Shown here piece after piece: positions 29,763 to 39,744 of a stretch of 59,551 nucleotides of DNA. Each line of letters begins with the position of its first letter. The stretch's first letter is position 1. The DNA is taken from IMG/VR virus record IMGVR_UViG_3300025789_000004, positions 1 to 59,551 of that record; one strand, written 5' to 3'. The stretch comes from a virus (Duplodnaviria; Caudoviricetes). Position numbers and translations under genes: made by a program. Below the pieces are notes generated by a model. The model did not search any database, was not told where the DNA came from, and worked only from the letters and a program-made list of their open reading frames with translations.

Positions 29763-29984
29763 ATGAGGCCGGAACCATGGGATGAAGAGACAACCGCACG
29801 GGCAATCGGCATGAAGCGTGCGGGAATGTCTCATGCCCAAATCGCCCAAAAGCTAGGCCGATCGATGCCGGCGGTTGCTGCCAGAATGTCAAATCTAAAG
29901 ATCAAATCAAAGGTGAATCGCCGCAACCTATCAGGCCGCCTTACAAGTTCAGCCCTTCTAGACCTAAAGGATCAAAACAAATGA
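29763..29984 (+). CDS. GcrA-like N-terminal HTH protein
   Basis: WDEETT..GMSHAQIAQKLGRSMPAV resembles the GcrA DNA-binding domain. Confidence 0.55.
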   Translation: MRPEPWDEETTARAIGMKRAGMSHAQIAQKLGRSMPAVAARMSNLKIKSKVNRRNLSGRLTSSALLDLKDQNK

Positions 29985-30039
29985 CCCAAGCAGAACCCCA
30001 CCACCTTAGCCTAAACGATCTGATACAGGAAACCGGGCT

Positions 30040-30279
30040 ATGACCCCAGAACAAAGATCCCTCTCCCTCACCAGTGCCGCACGCAATGCTGCCACCACGA
30101 TCCGGGCCATCTACGAGTGGCTGGACATGATCGAACGCGAAGGCGGTTGCGTGACAATCCCCGGCATTGCCAAAACCCGTGCCATGATCAAGAACCTAAA
30201 CAGCACGCGATCAAAAATCGAAACCCTCATTCTAAAACCCATCGACGACGCAACAAACCAAAGGGACATCAAACCATGA
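30040..30279 (+). CDS. Hypothetical protein
   Basis: ORF in the coupled early block. Confidence 0.45.
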   Translation: MTPEQRSLSLTSAARNAATTIRAIYEWLDMIEREGGCVTIPGIAKTRAMIKNLNSTRSKIETLILKPIDDATNQRDIKP

Positions 30280-30536
30280 TCGATCAGCACGCTTTCGAAA
30301 TCATCATCAACCGCTATGATCTTTCAAGCTTCGACATCGCCATTCTGACCCTGTCAGACCGAATTGCTTTTTCCGTCTCCGCCGTGTGGACATCCAGCGA
30401 TTACACAAACCCGAACGGCCACAAGGTAATCGTCCAATATGGAGACACCCTTGAAATTGCCCTCAGAGCCGCACTGCAAGCCCTGAACGAAAAACTGGAC
30501 CATGACATGCACAAGCTAATGCAAATCGCTGCCTGA
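30276..30536 (+). CDS. Hypothetical protein
   Basis: ATGA coupling to the previous ORF. Confidence 0.5.
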   Translation: MIDQHAFEIIINRYDLSSFDIAILTLSDRIAFSVSAVWTSSDYTNPNGHKVIVQYGDTLEIALRAALQALNEKLDHDMHKLMQIAA

Positions 30537-30592
30537 CCCTCGCAAGGGCAATCCAGCCCACGCCAAACCAACAGCCCAGCACCAAAACCCTC

Positions 30593-30633
30593 GGGCATCT
30601 CTCAGCACCAAGCTAGGGGATGCCCTTTTCTTT
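30593..30633 (+). terminator. Rho-independent terminator
   Basis: GGGCATC...GATGCCC stem followed by TTTTCTTT. Confidence 0.65.
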
Positions 30634-30643
30634 AGGCTAACCC

Positions 30644-31096
30644 ATGACATCCCATCCCATGACACCACAAGAACTTTGCGAACTGATGGACCGCCTCTCA
30701 CTTAGGGCGGTGGATGTGGCATGGATGAGCGGCTACGGAATGCGCCAGATCGGCAACTGGATGAGCGGACATTCTCCAGTCCCCCAAACCGTCCGCTTGC
30801 TTCTGACTGCCATGCGCCAAGGGCATCTGTCTCCGCATTGGTTCGTTCGCAATGTGGGATCACCAGTCCCATACAGCCGCGGCACCTACGTCGCCCAACG
30901 CCAGCACCCACCCACTGCCAAAACGCGCCTGCCCAAAAGAACCGGACCCAAACCCCCACGCAAGCGCTACAAGCCAGTCCCCAAAGCGCCCACCGAACCC
31001 AAACCACCCCGCAAGCGCCAAAAGCCATGGTCCGTTCACCTAAACCGCCGCAAGCGCAACCGCAGCACCAAAGACAGCCCGAACCAGACCCCATAA
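30644..31096 (+). CDS. HTH protein with K/P/R-rich tail
   Basis: MTPQEL..VAWMSGYGMRQIGNWMSGHSPVP; PKPPRKR twice. Confidence 0.6.
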   Translation: MTSHPMTPQELCELMDRLSLRAVDVAWMSGYGMRQIGNWMSGHSPVPQTVRLLLTAMRQGHLSPHWFVRNVGSPVPYSRGTYVAQRQHPPTAKTRLPKRTGPKPPRKRYKPVPKAPTEPKPPRKRQKPWSVHLNRRKRNRSTKDSPNQTP

Positions 31097-31192
31097 CCCC
31101 CAAACAAGGCCGCCCACAGCCTCAAAAGGCTCAAAAACCACCCTAAAACACCCCAAAACCCAGCATTTCCAATGCCTTAGCACCCTAAAAAA

Positions 31193-31487
31193 CTGGATAG
31201 TCTAGATAGTAACTGGATAGTCAAATTTTGCTATCCAGATCTCTTTGAAAAACAAAGATAAAAGACTAGATAGTCTAGATAGTTATATATATATATATAT
31301 TCTCTCTGTGGATAAGTCCCCAAACAGTGCATTAGACTATCAGTATATCTACCTATCCAGATGTCTATATATCTGTCTCTATCTAGAAAATCGTACTATC
31401 TAGACTATCTAGTTTTTTTCCCTTTGATTTCAACGACATCTGGATAGTAACTGGATAGTAAACCGTACTATCTAGACTATCTAGTTT
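31193..31487. other. Putative replication origin (iterons, AT tract, DnaA box)
   Basis: At least ten CT(A/G)GATAGT units in both orientations, a (TA)n run, TGTGGATAA at 31307; abuts the primase gene. Confidence 0.7.
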
Positions 31488-33761
31488 TTACGCCTTGCGG
31501 ATGTGGGTGTACTGCTTGCCATTGCGGGGAATGGTGCGCTCAGTGCGTTCAATGCGGCCTGATTGGACCAGCGCGTCCAAGGCGGCGGCGATATCGTCCT
31601 TCTTGTACTTGCGCAGTTTGTTGGAAAGCACGCCAACGCTGATGCCATCATCGCTGCACAGGTTTTCGATCTTGGCTTGCAGCGCGCTCATGGGGGCGTC
31701 TTTCTGGTGATCGTTGGAGATGACCAGCCGCGCCTTTTCTTCGATGTCCCTGCGCACCAATGCAAACGCCCAGCGGACATGCTCAGCGGTGCGGATACCA
31801 CCGCTTAGGGCCAACACGAGGCTTGCCTTGCTCAAGGCTTCATATGCCCGCAGATAAAGCGCTTCGAGGCCGTGGCGCTCCTTCTGAAGATCCGCTTGTT
31901 CGTCAAACCAGTCTGCGGCCTTGGCAAGCATCTCCAATGCCTTTGGCTCTGTGGGGATCTTGCTCTTTTCGCCGTAGTATTCCACGCGGGTTGCCTGTGT
32001 GTCATAGGACCCGCCATAATACATGGCCTGCAAAGCGCTCTCGATCTCACGAGGCAGCGGGGGTGCCGCAAAGTTGCGCTTGCTCTTGGGGGCAGTGTCG
32101 CGTTCGTTGAACAACAGACTGCGGCCAATGAACCCATTGGTGGCGCTGGCATGATCCACCAGACCATCGAACGTCTCGGGCGTGGTGAAACCCAGCAGGC
32201 TAAGGAATGGACGCTCAAGACCCTTATCGAGATTGTTCAACTGCCCTTGCAGAGTGGTCCGGCGATGCTTCAGGCTATCGTTGTCGCCATCTTCATCTGC
32301 CTTGCGGTTAAGCTGGGCCATATCTTGTATGAGCGCTTTCTTAAGTTCCTCCTTGGCATCGCCTGTGACAAGCAACCAGCCATTCCCCTTGGAGTAAACC
32401 GACATCAAAGTAGCAATCACACCCTCCAGATAGATTGCTCCACCCTTCTGGGATGCTGATTTCAGCTTTTGCAGAAAGATCCCCACTTCGTCGATCACAT
32501 AGAACGCCGCTTGGTGCCGGGTCAGGTTGCGGAATATTTCGGAATCCGACTTGATGGCACCATGGGTTGCGCCAGAGATCCCGGCAGCGCGATGCAATGT
32601 GCCGACCGCTTGCTGAACGGCTTCCTTGCCGGTACCGGATCCAGCGATGCAAAAGCAAAACAGGTTTGCCGTCACACCGTCTTTGTCATCGGTGTATCGC
32701 AAACCAGCAATATTGCCGATTGCCGTAAGGGCAGCAGCGGTTGCAAGTGTGGCACGGGGACGGCGGCATTGGCTTTCGATCCAGCGGGCTACATCACCGA
32801 CAAAACCCGGTGGGGATTTGAGGTCGCATCCGGCGATGTCAAAAGGCAGGCCGTCAACTGGCGATTCAATCTCGGCAACAACCTCCACGCCCTCAGGAAC
32901 AAAGCTAACCGGCATCACCCAGCCGTGTTGCTCGGCATGATAGATCAGTGTGCCAATGGTGACAGGGTTTGCGGCGCGACCGAAGCTATGCCAGCGGTTC
33001 GCCATAAGGGTTGCATCATGCTTGCCAGATTGGGCGCTCCAATGGTCCCACAGATCGTAGCCGGTGCCGCCTGTCGCTTGATGGATTGCCATGCCGACCT
33101 TGACCCAATCATCATAGGGCAGATCGTCATTCGGGATATGCTGAAGCATCGTGGCAATTTCGGCCTGCGATACGTCCAGACTGATGCCGTTGTATTCCGT
33201 GCGGTGCCGTTCCGGCTTGCGCAGGATCGCCAGCAATGCATCTGGCGCAGGGGCGATGTCATTGGGCGCACCGTCCGCTGTCGAATAGCGGTTGCCAGAC
33301 AAATGCATGGAACCGGGGCCGACAACAAAACGGCTGCCCGATTGGAAATCGATGCCACGATATTCCGGGAGATGCGACAGCAAGGCCACATCATTTGGTG
33401 CGGTGAAATAGTAGTGGCGAGATCCCTTGCCGGAACCTGTATCGACGACCAGACCAGCTCCCGCAATCTCCGGGATGTCGATCAGCAGCTTTGACAGGCT
33501 TTCTACGCCACCATTGCGGGCATCGACATCGACAACCAGCAGGCCACGGCACAAGACGCCGTAACCAGTGTCAAAGAATTCCGCATCCTCCATGGTGTCC
33601 AACTGCTCGACATCCCAATGGGGCGTGTTCTGCCAGTTCGAGATGCGGGGGTGCTTGCCTTTCGCTTCGCAATCAGGCTTGCCGCATTCACAAGCATTCG
33701 GATTAAACCGCCACAACGGAAAAATCCGAAAGCCAGCATCATAGAAATCACGGTAAAGCAT
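31488..33761 (-). CDS. Primase-polymerase with PriCT-2 and C-terminal helicase-like domain
   Basis: GKHP, LVVDVDARNGG, TGSG..HYYF, WVKVGMAI, W.SF; GSGTGKE and IDEVG P-loop motifs. Confidence 0.88.
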   Translation of the reverse strand: MLYRDFYDAGFRIFPLWRFNPNACECGKPDCEAKGKHPRISNWQNTPHWDVEQLDTMEDAEFFDTGYGVLCRGLLVVDVDARNGGVESLSKLLIDIPEIAGAGLVVDTGSGKGSRHYYFTAPNDVALLSHLPEYRGIDFQSGSRFVVGPGSMHLSGNRYSTADGAPNDIAPAPDALLAILRKPERHRTEYNGISLDVSQAEIATMLQHIPNDDLPYDDWVKVGMAIHQATGGTGYDLWDHWSAQSGKHDATLMANRWHSFGRAANPVTIGTLIYHAEQHGWVMPVSFVPEGVEVVAEIESPVDGLPFDIAGCDLKSPPGFVGDVARWIESQCRRPRATLATAAALTAIGNIAGLRYTDDKDGVTANLFCFCIAGSGTGKEAVQQAVGTLHRAAGISGATHGAIKSDSEIFRNLTRHQAAFYVIDEVGIFLQKLKSASQKGGAIYLEGVIATLMSVYSKGNGWLLVTGDAKEELKKALIQDMAQLNRKADEDGDNDSLKHRRTTLQGQLNNLDKGLERPFLSLLGFTTPETFDGLVDHASATNGFIGRSLLFNERDTAPKSKRNFAAPPLPREIESALQAMYYGGSYDTQATRVEYYGEKSKIPTEPKALEMLAKAADWFDEQADLQKERHGLEALYLRAYEALSKASLVLALSGGIRTAEHVRWAFALVRRDIEEKARLVISNDHQKDAPMSALQAKIENLCSDDGISVGVLSNKLRKYKKDDIAAALDALVQSGRIERTERTIPRNGKQYTHIRKA

Positions 33762-33773
33762 TAGATTTCCTAA

Positions 33774-33995
33774 TCAAAAAGGCATATCAGGCATTGGCAT
33801 CCAAAAGGTCGGGTTGTCGTCGTACGACTGGCAGCACCCGCATCCATGGGCGGACAAGGTGATGTAGTCCCACCAGCCCCCATCGCCGTGCCAATCGGCG
33901 GGATACCACCACCCCTCAACTATGCCTTGGTCTTCCACATAAAGCAGAATATGCGTTCCATCCTTGGGCGCAGTGTCAATTGTCTGCCATTTCAT
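33774..33995 (-). CDS. DUF551-like small protein
   Basis: WQTIDTAPKDGTHIL..PTFWMPMP. Confidence 0.75.
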   Translation of the reverse strand: MKWQTIDTAPKDGTHILLYVEDQGIVEGWWYPADWHGDGGWWDYITLSAHGCGCCQSYDDNPTFWMPMPDMPF

Positions 33996-34192
33996 AAGTA
34001 ATATCCCCTATTCATAGTCATGGTCGATGCCGCTGAGAACCCAAGCGTAAATCGCTGCCTTGGCAATTTCGCGCAGTTCATCGTGCGTCAGTTCGCCCAC
34101 CCGTGCATCAGGATCTAGATACGGCCTGATCGCGTCTCGGATCTTGTCGGCAGTCGCGTCGATGCGGTCAGCCGTCCCGTAGCGAACGTGGG

Positions 34193-34414
34193 TCATAGCG
34201 GTAGCCCCCTCTTCTCTTTCCGCACCATAACATACGCCTTGGATAAGTCTGGCCAGCACGCCGAGCATACGTCCAAGAGTGTTCCATTATGCCGAATGCT
34301 GTAATCCGATAGGATCACTTCGGGAACACTCCCTGCGGCCACTTGTCTATCCAATTTGCGGACCTCGCACCCGCATAAGTCGCAAACATAGGTTTGTAGG
34401 ATATGAACGCTCAT
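34193..34414 (-). CDS. Small Zn-ribbon protein
   Basis: CDLCG and DVCSAC; GGAG RBS. Confidence 0.5.
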   Translation of the reverse strand: MSVHILQTYVCDLCGCEVRKLDRQVAAGSVPEVILSDYSIRHNGTLLDVCSACWPDLSKAYVMVRKEKRGLPL

Positions 34415-34451
34415 TGCTCCGCCTCCTTCTTAGCGTCGATGCGGTCAGCCA

Positions 34452-34664
34452 TCAAAGCTTCTCCCAATAATTGGCCTGAGGTCCGCAAGTGCGTCCGAGG
34501 GTTAGAATATACCAAGCCCTGCTACGTTCATGGTGGCATTGACGCCATAAGGCTTCTTTTCTGAACACAACCCCGTCGCCATCAATTTCACGCAGGCACC
34601 ACTGCTTTGTGGTTACAATGCCGTTATGGAACCAACGGCAATTTTTACAGAACTTATCCGTCAT
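34452..34664 (-). CDS. Small Cys-rich protein
   Basis: CKNC..C..CHHER..CGPQANYWE; GGAGGG RBS. Confidence 0.55.
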   Translation of the reverse strand: MTDKFCKNCRWFHNGIVTTKQWCLREIDGDGVVFRKEALWRQCHHERSRAWYILTLGRTCGPQANYWEKL

Positions 34665-34833
34665 ACTTTCCCTCCATATAATCCGACAGCCGCTTGACCG
34701 TCTGGTATGACGGATTGGCCGTGGTCCCATTGCGGATGTCAATAATCGTTGATACCCGCACGCCAATTGCCTTGGCCACCACGGATGGACGGCGGTCATA
34801 TAAGGCCGTCCTCACCTGCTCTAGCGTCATCAT
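34654..34833 (-). CDS. Cro/XRE-like HTH regulator (59 aa, not in the ORF track)
   Basis: Manual translation MMTLEQVRTALYDRRPSVVAKAIGVRVSTIIDIRNGTTANPSYQTVKRLSDYMEGKYDG; GGAG RBS. Confidence 0.75.
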   Translation of the reverse strand: MMTLEQVRTALYDRRPSVVAKAIGVRVSTIIDIRNGTTANPSYQTVKRLSDYMEGKYDG

Positions 34834-34860
34834 GCTACGCTGCTCCGTTAAAAAATTACG

Positions 34861-34909
34861 CTTGACAGGTACAATCCGCGCTGGCAGATGTCAAGCCGTA
34901 GCGTTGACA
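34861..34909. promoter_or_regulatory. Divergent promoter region
   Basis: CTTGACA..TGTCAAG inverted -35 boxes plus a second TTGACA between divergent genes. Confidence 0.5.
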
Positions 34910-34945
34910 GCCCGTCGCTACCGGGCAAGCCCAATGAGGTATAAA

Positions 34946-35761
34946 ATGGGTATCCTTTCGACCATCTCGAAGCCGGAGAACCGCGCTCCGATTCTGACAT
35001 TGTGCGGTGACGCTGGTACAGGCAAGACCAGTCTGGCTGCAACCTTCCCCAAGCCCATTTTTATCCGCGCAGAAGATGGCATGACGTCCATCCCTGTGAA
35101 GCAGCGTCCCGATGCCTTCCCGGTCCTGCGCAATCCCGATGATCTGTGGGAGCAACTGATTGCCCTGCTGCAGGAAGATCACGACTACCAAACCGTGGTG
35201 ATCGACAGCGTTTCCGCACTGGAAACGATGTTCAGCAAGGCCGTTCTTGACATGGACGGACGCGCCAAGACGCTTGCACAGGCATTGGGCGGCTATGGTG
35301 CTGGCGTTTCTGCGGTTGCTGCAATGCACACCCGTGTTCGCAAGGCGGCTGGTCTGCTGAACGAGCGCAAGAACATGACCGTGATCTTTATCAGCCATGC
35401 CGATCTGGAAACCATGCGGTTGCCGGATACGGATGACTACATGCGCTACAGCCTGCGGCTTATGTCCAAGTCCCTGCCGCCGTATGTTGACGATGTGGAT
35501 ATGGTCGGGTTTGTCCGTCTGGTATCTGCCCTGCGTGGTGACGACGGCGACCGCAAGAAGGTCATTTCCAATGGCGACCGCCAGATCGTTTGCCATGCCA
35601 CGGCTGCCTCTGTGTCCAAGAACCGCTTTGGCATCACCGAGCCGCTGGACTGCCCACCGGGTGTAAATCCGCTGGCCGATATTCTTGGGTTTGCCAAAAC
35701 CAAGTCTCCCAAGCCGCCCAAGCACACTGATGACGTCGATTTTTCTGACTTTGCGGAGTAA
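34946..35761 (+). CDS. AAA ATPase, Sak4-like recombinase
   Basis: GDAGTGKTS, VVIDS, IFISH, SKNR; GAGG RBS. Confidence 0.85.
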   Translation: MGILSTISKPENRAPILTLCGDAGTGKTSLAATFPKPIFIRAEDGMTSIPVKQRPDAFPVLRNPDDLWEQLIALLQEDHDYQTVVIDSVSALETMFSKAVLDMDGRAKTLAQALGGYGAGVSAVAAMHTRVRKAAGLLNERKNMTVIFISHADLETMRLPDTDDYMRYSLRLMSKSLPPYVDDVDMVGFVRLVSALRGDDGDRKKVISNGDRQIVCHATAASVSKNRFGITEPLDCPPGVNPLADILGFAKTKSPKPPKHTDDVDFSDFAE

Positions 35762-35766
35762 TTAAT

Positions 35767-36312
35767 ATGTCTTTCTGGAACCTCTCTGACAACTCGTCGG
35801 CCAAGACCCACGAAACCACTTTTGAATCCGCCAATGGTGACGGCTTTGCCCCGATCCCTGATGGCACTGTGCTGAATGCCGTGATTGACGAAGCCAAGTG
35901 GCAGACCCCTCGGGATCGTTCGGAGGAATTCATCTCCCTGCGCTGGACCGTGGTGGACCACCCTTCGTACAAGAACCGCAAGATCTTCCAGAAGCTGTGG
36001 GCCGGTGAAGACCTCGACCCTGCCGTGGATGACAAGGAAAAGGCCAAGAAGAAGCGCGACAAGGCACTGCGCATGCTGGGCGTTATCAATGCCAACTGCG
36101 GTGGCAAACTGCCTGATCGCCGTCCGTCGTCGGATGACCTGACCCTGTACCTCACCAACAAGAAGATGAGCATCAAACTGCAGGTCTGGGAAATTGGCGA
36201 CAACAGCGGCAACTGGATCAGCGCGGTGTCCGAAGCGACTAACGTGGTCGTCACCGCATCGCCCGCTCCGAAGAAGCGCCAGTCGGGCAGTGAAGATGAA
36301 GTGCCGTTCTGA
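35767..36312 (+). CDS. Single-stranded DNA-binding protein (DUF669-like)
   Basis: FAPIPDG, YKNRKIFQKL, acidic EDEVPF tail; follows Sak4-like gene. Confidence 0.75.
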   Translation: MSFWNLSDNSSAKTHETTFESANGDGFAPIPDGTVLNAVIDEAKWQTPRDRSEEFISLRWTVVDHPSYKNRKIFQKLWAGEDLDPAVDDKEKAKKKRDKALRMLGVINANCGGKLPDRRPSSDDLTLYLTNKKMSIKLQVWEIGDNSGNWISAVSEATNVVVTASPAPKKRQSGSEDEVPF

Positions 36313-36524
36313 TGGAAACGGAAAACCAGATCCTGAACGACGCTGCGGAACTCATCAAGGTCCGTGAGGCGGCGGAAGCAACCTTGCGCAACATCGACAA
36401 TGAGCTGCGTGAGGTAATCAAGAAATACAGCACCCAAGCCCGCACTTGGGGCATGGATCGCCACAAACTGCGGATTGTCTGCGAGTATCGCGGCTATCTG
36501 CCAAGGCAAGGAGAAGCAGCATGA
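36312..36524 (+). CDS. Hypothetical protein
   Basis: Coupled helical ORF. Confidence 0.5.
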   Translation: METENQILNDAAELIKVREAAEATLRNIDNELREVIKKYSTQARTWGMDRHKLRIVCEYRGYLPRQGEAA

Positions 36525-36682
36525 ACGAAGAACCTAACAACCTCGAATGCCTGCGCGATCACTTCGCCGGTCAAGCTATTCCCGCATTGCTGGCCAACGA
36601 GCCGAACCCGTGGATTGTGGCCCGCCGCGCCTACGAGATCGCTGATGCAATGCTGGAGGTCCGTGGTGACGGAGAGCAATGA
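36521..36682 (+). CDS. Conserved small phage protein
   Basis: LRDHFAGQA..AYEIADAML motif. Confidence 0.7.
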   Translation: MNEEPNNLECLRDHFAGQAIPALLANEPNPWIVARRAYEIADAMLEVRGDGEQ

Positions 36683-36972
36683 AGTTATAGCGGAGAGAGA
36701 CAGGAAAAGGGCGGAAGCAGCAGCCAAAAAGGCCCGTATTGAACGGGAAAAGGCGCGGCAGATGGCTACGCTTTGGGAATACTATGCAACGGGGGGTGGG
36801 GCTTTGGTCCCACCTCACCGGGTGGCGAATAACTGCGGCGTCTCTCTCGAAATAGCTATTTACAACTTGCACAGATATGGCCGCAAGGAATCCAATAATG
36901 ACCCAAATGATTGAGCAGGAGTAAGCACGATGTATACCATTAAAATTGTAGCAAAGGTAGCGGCATTTGATC

Positions 36973-37854
36973 ATGGATAATTCGCCAGAACAAAGAACAC
37001 CAGAATGGTTTGCGCAGCGCAAGGGTCGGGTTACCGGCTCGGCTGTTGGGGCTATCTTGGGTGTCAACACATATATGACACGCTGGGACGTCATGCGCCG
37101 TATGGTGCGTGAGGCTCTGGGTGCGCCTTCCGAGTTCGCAGGCAACGTGGCTACGGAATGGGGAACCAACAACGAAGCAGGGGCGCTGGTCGAGTTCCAG
37201 ATGGAATCCGGCCTATCCGTGACGCCGGCACCGTTCGTGATGTACGAGGATTGGCTTGGAGCCTCTCCAGACGGCTATGTGAGCGATGGCGGCCTAGTGG
37301 AGATCAAATGCCCCTATGGCATCCGCAAAGCCTCTCCTGTGCCCTTCAAGACGCCCCAGAGCCAACCAAGCTACATGGCGCAGATGTACGTGCAGATGTT
37401 CGTCACGAATACCGAGCATTGCCACTTCTTCCAGTGGACGCCCAACGGCACGCGGTACGACGTGATCCATCAGAACATGGACTGGATCGCTACCAACATC
37501 CCCCGGCTGAAGCAGTTCCATGCCGAATATCTGGATGAACTGAAGAATAACGCCAATGAGCATCTGGGTCCGAAGCAACCGGAGATCGACACTCCGCAGG
37601 CGCGGGCTGTCATGGAAGAATACCAAGCCGTCATTGCTGATATAGAAAGGGCGACTAACCGAAAGAAAGATCTTTTGGAACAACTTGTTAACATGACCAG
37701 TGGAAACAAGTCGGTCACGATTGCCGGTCACAAACTGACAAAAACTGAACGGCAGGGAGCAATCAGCTACGCCACGGCCATTAAAAAGCTGTTGCCCGGT
37801 GCTGACCTTGAGCCATATCGCGGCAAGGGCACTAGCTATTGGCAGGTGACATGA
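36973..37854 (+). CDS. YqaJ/lambda-exonuclease family nuclease
   Basis: QRTPEWFAQRKGRVTGS, LGASPDG, VEIKCP, YMAQM. Confidence 0.9.
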   Translation: MDNSPEQRTPEWFAQRKGRVTGSAVGAILGVNTYMTRWDVMRRMVREALGAPSEFAGNVATEWGTNNEAGALVEFQMESGLSVTPAPFVMYEDWLGASPDGYVSDGGLVEIKCPYGIRKASPVPFKTPQSQPSYMAQMYVQMFVTNTEHCHFFQWTPNGTRYDVIHQNMDWIATNIPRLKQFHAEYLDELKNNANEHLGPKQPEIDTPQARAVMEEYQAVIADIERATNRKKDLLEQLVNMTSGNKSVTIAGHKLTKTERQGAISYATAIKKLLPGADLEPYRGKGTSYWQVT

Positions 37855-37937
37855 TCCCTCCTGCCCTACGCCAATGGCTGTGGGATAATTTCGGGTGGGA
37901 CATATACGATTGGAACGATGGGGATTTGAGGTTTTGA
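37851..37937 (+). CDS. Trp-rich micro-ORF, copy A (28 aa)
   Basis: MIPPALRQWLWDNFGWDIYDWNDGDLRF; paralog at 43057. Confidence 0.7.
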   Translation: MIPPALRQWLWDNFGWDIYDWNDGDLRF

Positions 37938-37938
37938 T

Positions 37939-39744
37939 ATGTCATTCCAATTGCGTCCATACCAGCACGGGGCGGTTGACGCCGCCCTAGACTGGATGCG
38001 GCGGAGCATTGAGCCATGCCTGATTGATGCCGCACCTGCAGCGGGCAAGTCCTTTATGATTGCCGCCATTGCCTCGGAACTTCACCGGATCAGTGGCGGC
38101 AAGAGGATCTTGTGCATTGCCCCCAGCGCAGAACTGGTCAAGCAGAACGCCGAAAAATACAAATTTACTGGCGAGAAGTGCAGCATCTTCAGCGCAAGCG
38201 CGGGTGCAAAATCCGTCAAAAATGTGGTCGTGTTCGGCACTCCTGTCACGGTCAAAAATTCCATTGAAAAGTTCAAGAGAGACTATGCGGCTATAATAAT
38301 CGATGAATGCCATGGGCTGACCCCAACCATCAGGGGCATCATTGATGAAATGCGATCAACCCAGCCGAACCTGCGCGTTTTGGGCTTGTCTGGCACACCC
38401 TACCGCATGGGAAGCGGGTACATCTTCCATATGTGGCCAGATGGCCGATCCAATGGTGACGACACCACGCGGGATCCGTACTTTGTGAAATGCGTCTACC
38501 GCGTGTCGGCACGGGAAATGCTGGATCAGGGGTTCATTACCCCTATGGAAATCGGCAAGCCCGGTTCCAGTGGATATGACACCAGTGGCATCGAACTGCT
38601 GCCAAATGGAACCTTGAACCACGAGACCGTCGAGCGGGCATTCATGGGCCATGGCAGGCTTACGGCACAGATCGTTGCGGATGTCATTAACCAATCGCGC
38701 AGCCGTCCGGGTGGCGTCATGTACTTTGCCGCGACCATTGCGCACGCCAAGGAGGTGCTTGCCAGCCTTCCTGCAGAGAACTCCGCATTGGTGACGGGCG
38801 ATATGCCGACCAAGGAGCGTGATGCTATCATTCAGCGCTATCGTAATCAGAAGATCCGGCATCTTGTGAATGTGGGTACGTTAACCACCGGCTTTGACGT
38901 TAGCCATACCGAGACAATTGCTTTGTTACGTTACACTGAATCCGCCTCTCTGCTTCAGCAGATCATGGGCAGAGCGTGGCGCTTGCATCCGGGTAAGGAT
39001 ACGTCCCTGCTGCTGGACTATGCGAATAACATAGAGGAGCATATGCCAGATGGGGATCTGTACAACCCTGAAATCCGCGCAGGCAAGGCCAGTAAGAGTG
39101 AGCGGATTGACGCGGAATGCCCGGATTGCGGCAATATCAATCAGTTTTCATTGAATGCGGATTACAAGCATTATCAATATGATAAGCATGGATATTGCAT
39201 AGATGAGTTTGGCCTTCCTTTGATCAGCGAACACGGACCTGTCGCGCGGCACTTTGGCAGGCGTTGCTTTGGCATGGTCCGAACTGGGGATAAGGGGGAA
39301 TACGACAGGTGTGGATACTACTGGACGCACAAGGAATGCCTGCAGTGCTCTGAGAAGAATGACGTCACAGCAAGGCATTGCAGGTCTTGTAAGGCTGAGT
39401 TGATCGACCCCAACAAGAAACTGGTGTCCTTCGCGGAATACAAGAAAAACCCCAAGGCCAAGCAATGCGATATTGTCCTGTCCATGAAGGTAAGGGATAG
39501 TACGTCAAACAGAGGCAATAAGACCAAGCGGGTTGATTTTGTCACACCGTATCGCAAGTTCAGCGTGTGGTTTCTACCAGATGCCAGATATGACAAGGGC
39601 ATCAAGGATTGGCAGAAGTTCTGCCATTACACTGATGGCGGATCGCACGCGCCTCATACGATCATGTATCAGAAGGACGAGTCCGGATACTTCAAGATCT
39701 TGGGCTACGACATTCCGCCAGATGACGAGGGGAATACCAAGTGA
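37939..39744 (+). CDS. SF2 DExH helicase (RadD/YejH-like) with Zn fingers
   Basis: LRPYQ, AAGKS, IDECH, SGTP, LTTGFD, QIMGRAWR, CxxC pairs. Confidence 0.92.
   Translation: MSFQLRPYQHGAVDAALDWMRRSIEPCLIDAAPAAGKSFMIAAIASELHRISGGKRILCIAPSAELVKQNAEKYKFTGEKCSIFSASAGAKSVKNVVVFGTPVTVKNSIEKFKRDYAAIIIDECHGLTPTIRGIIDEMRSTQPNLRVLGLSGTPYRMGSGYIFHMWPDGRSNGDDTTRDPYFVKCVYRVSAREMLDQGFITPMEIGKPGSSGYDTSGIELLPNGTLNHETVERAFMGHGRLTAQIVADVINQSRSRPGGVMYFAATIAHAKEVLASLPAENSALVTGDMPTKERDAIIQRYRNQKIRHLVNVGTLTTGFDVSHTETIALLRYTESASLLQQIMGRAWRLHPGKDTSLLLDYANNIEEHMPDGDLYNPEIRAGKASKSERIDAECPDCGNINQFSLNADYKHYQYDKHGYCIDEFGLPLISEHGPVARHFGRRCFGMVRTGDKGEYDRCGYYWTHKECLQCSEKNDVTARHCRSCKAELIDPNKKLVSFAEYKKNPKAKQCDIVLSMKVRDSTSNRGNKTKRVDFVTPYRKFSVWFLPDARYDKGIKDWQKFCHYTDGGSHAPHTIMYQKDESGYFKILGYDIPPDDEGNTK

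Noticed and set aside
31193-31487. CRISPR array or DGR repeat
   Set aside because: Units are 9 bp, in both orientations and without unique spacers; no cas or reverse transcriptase gene seen
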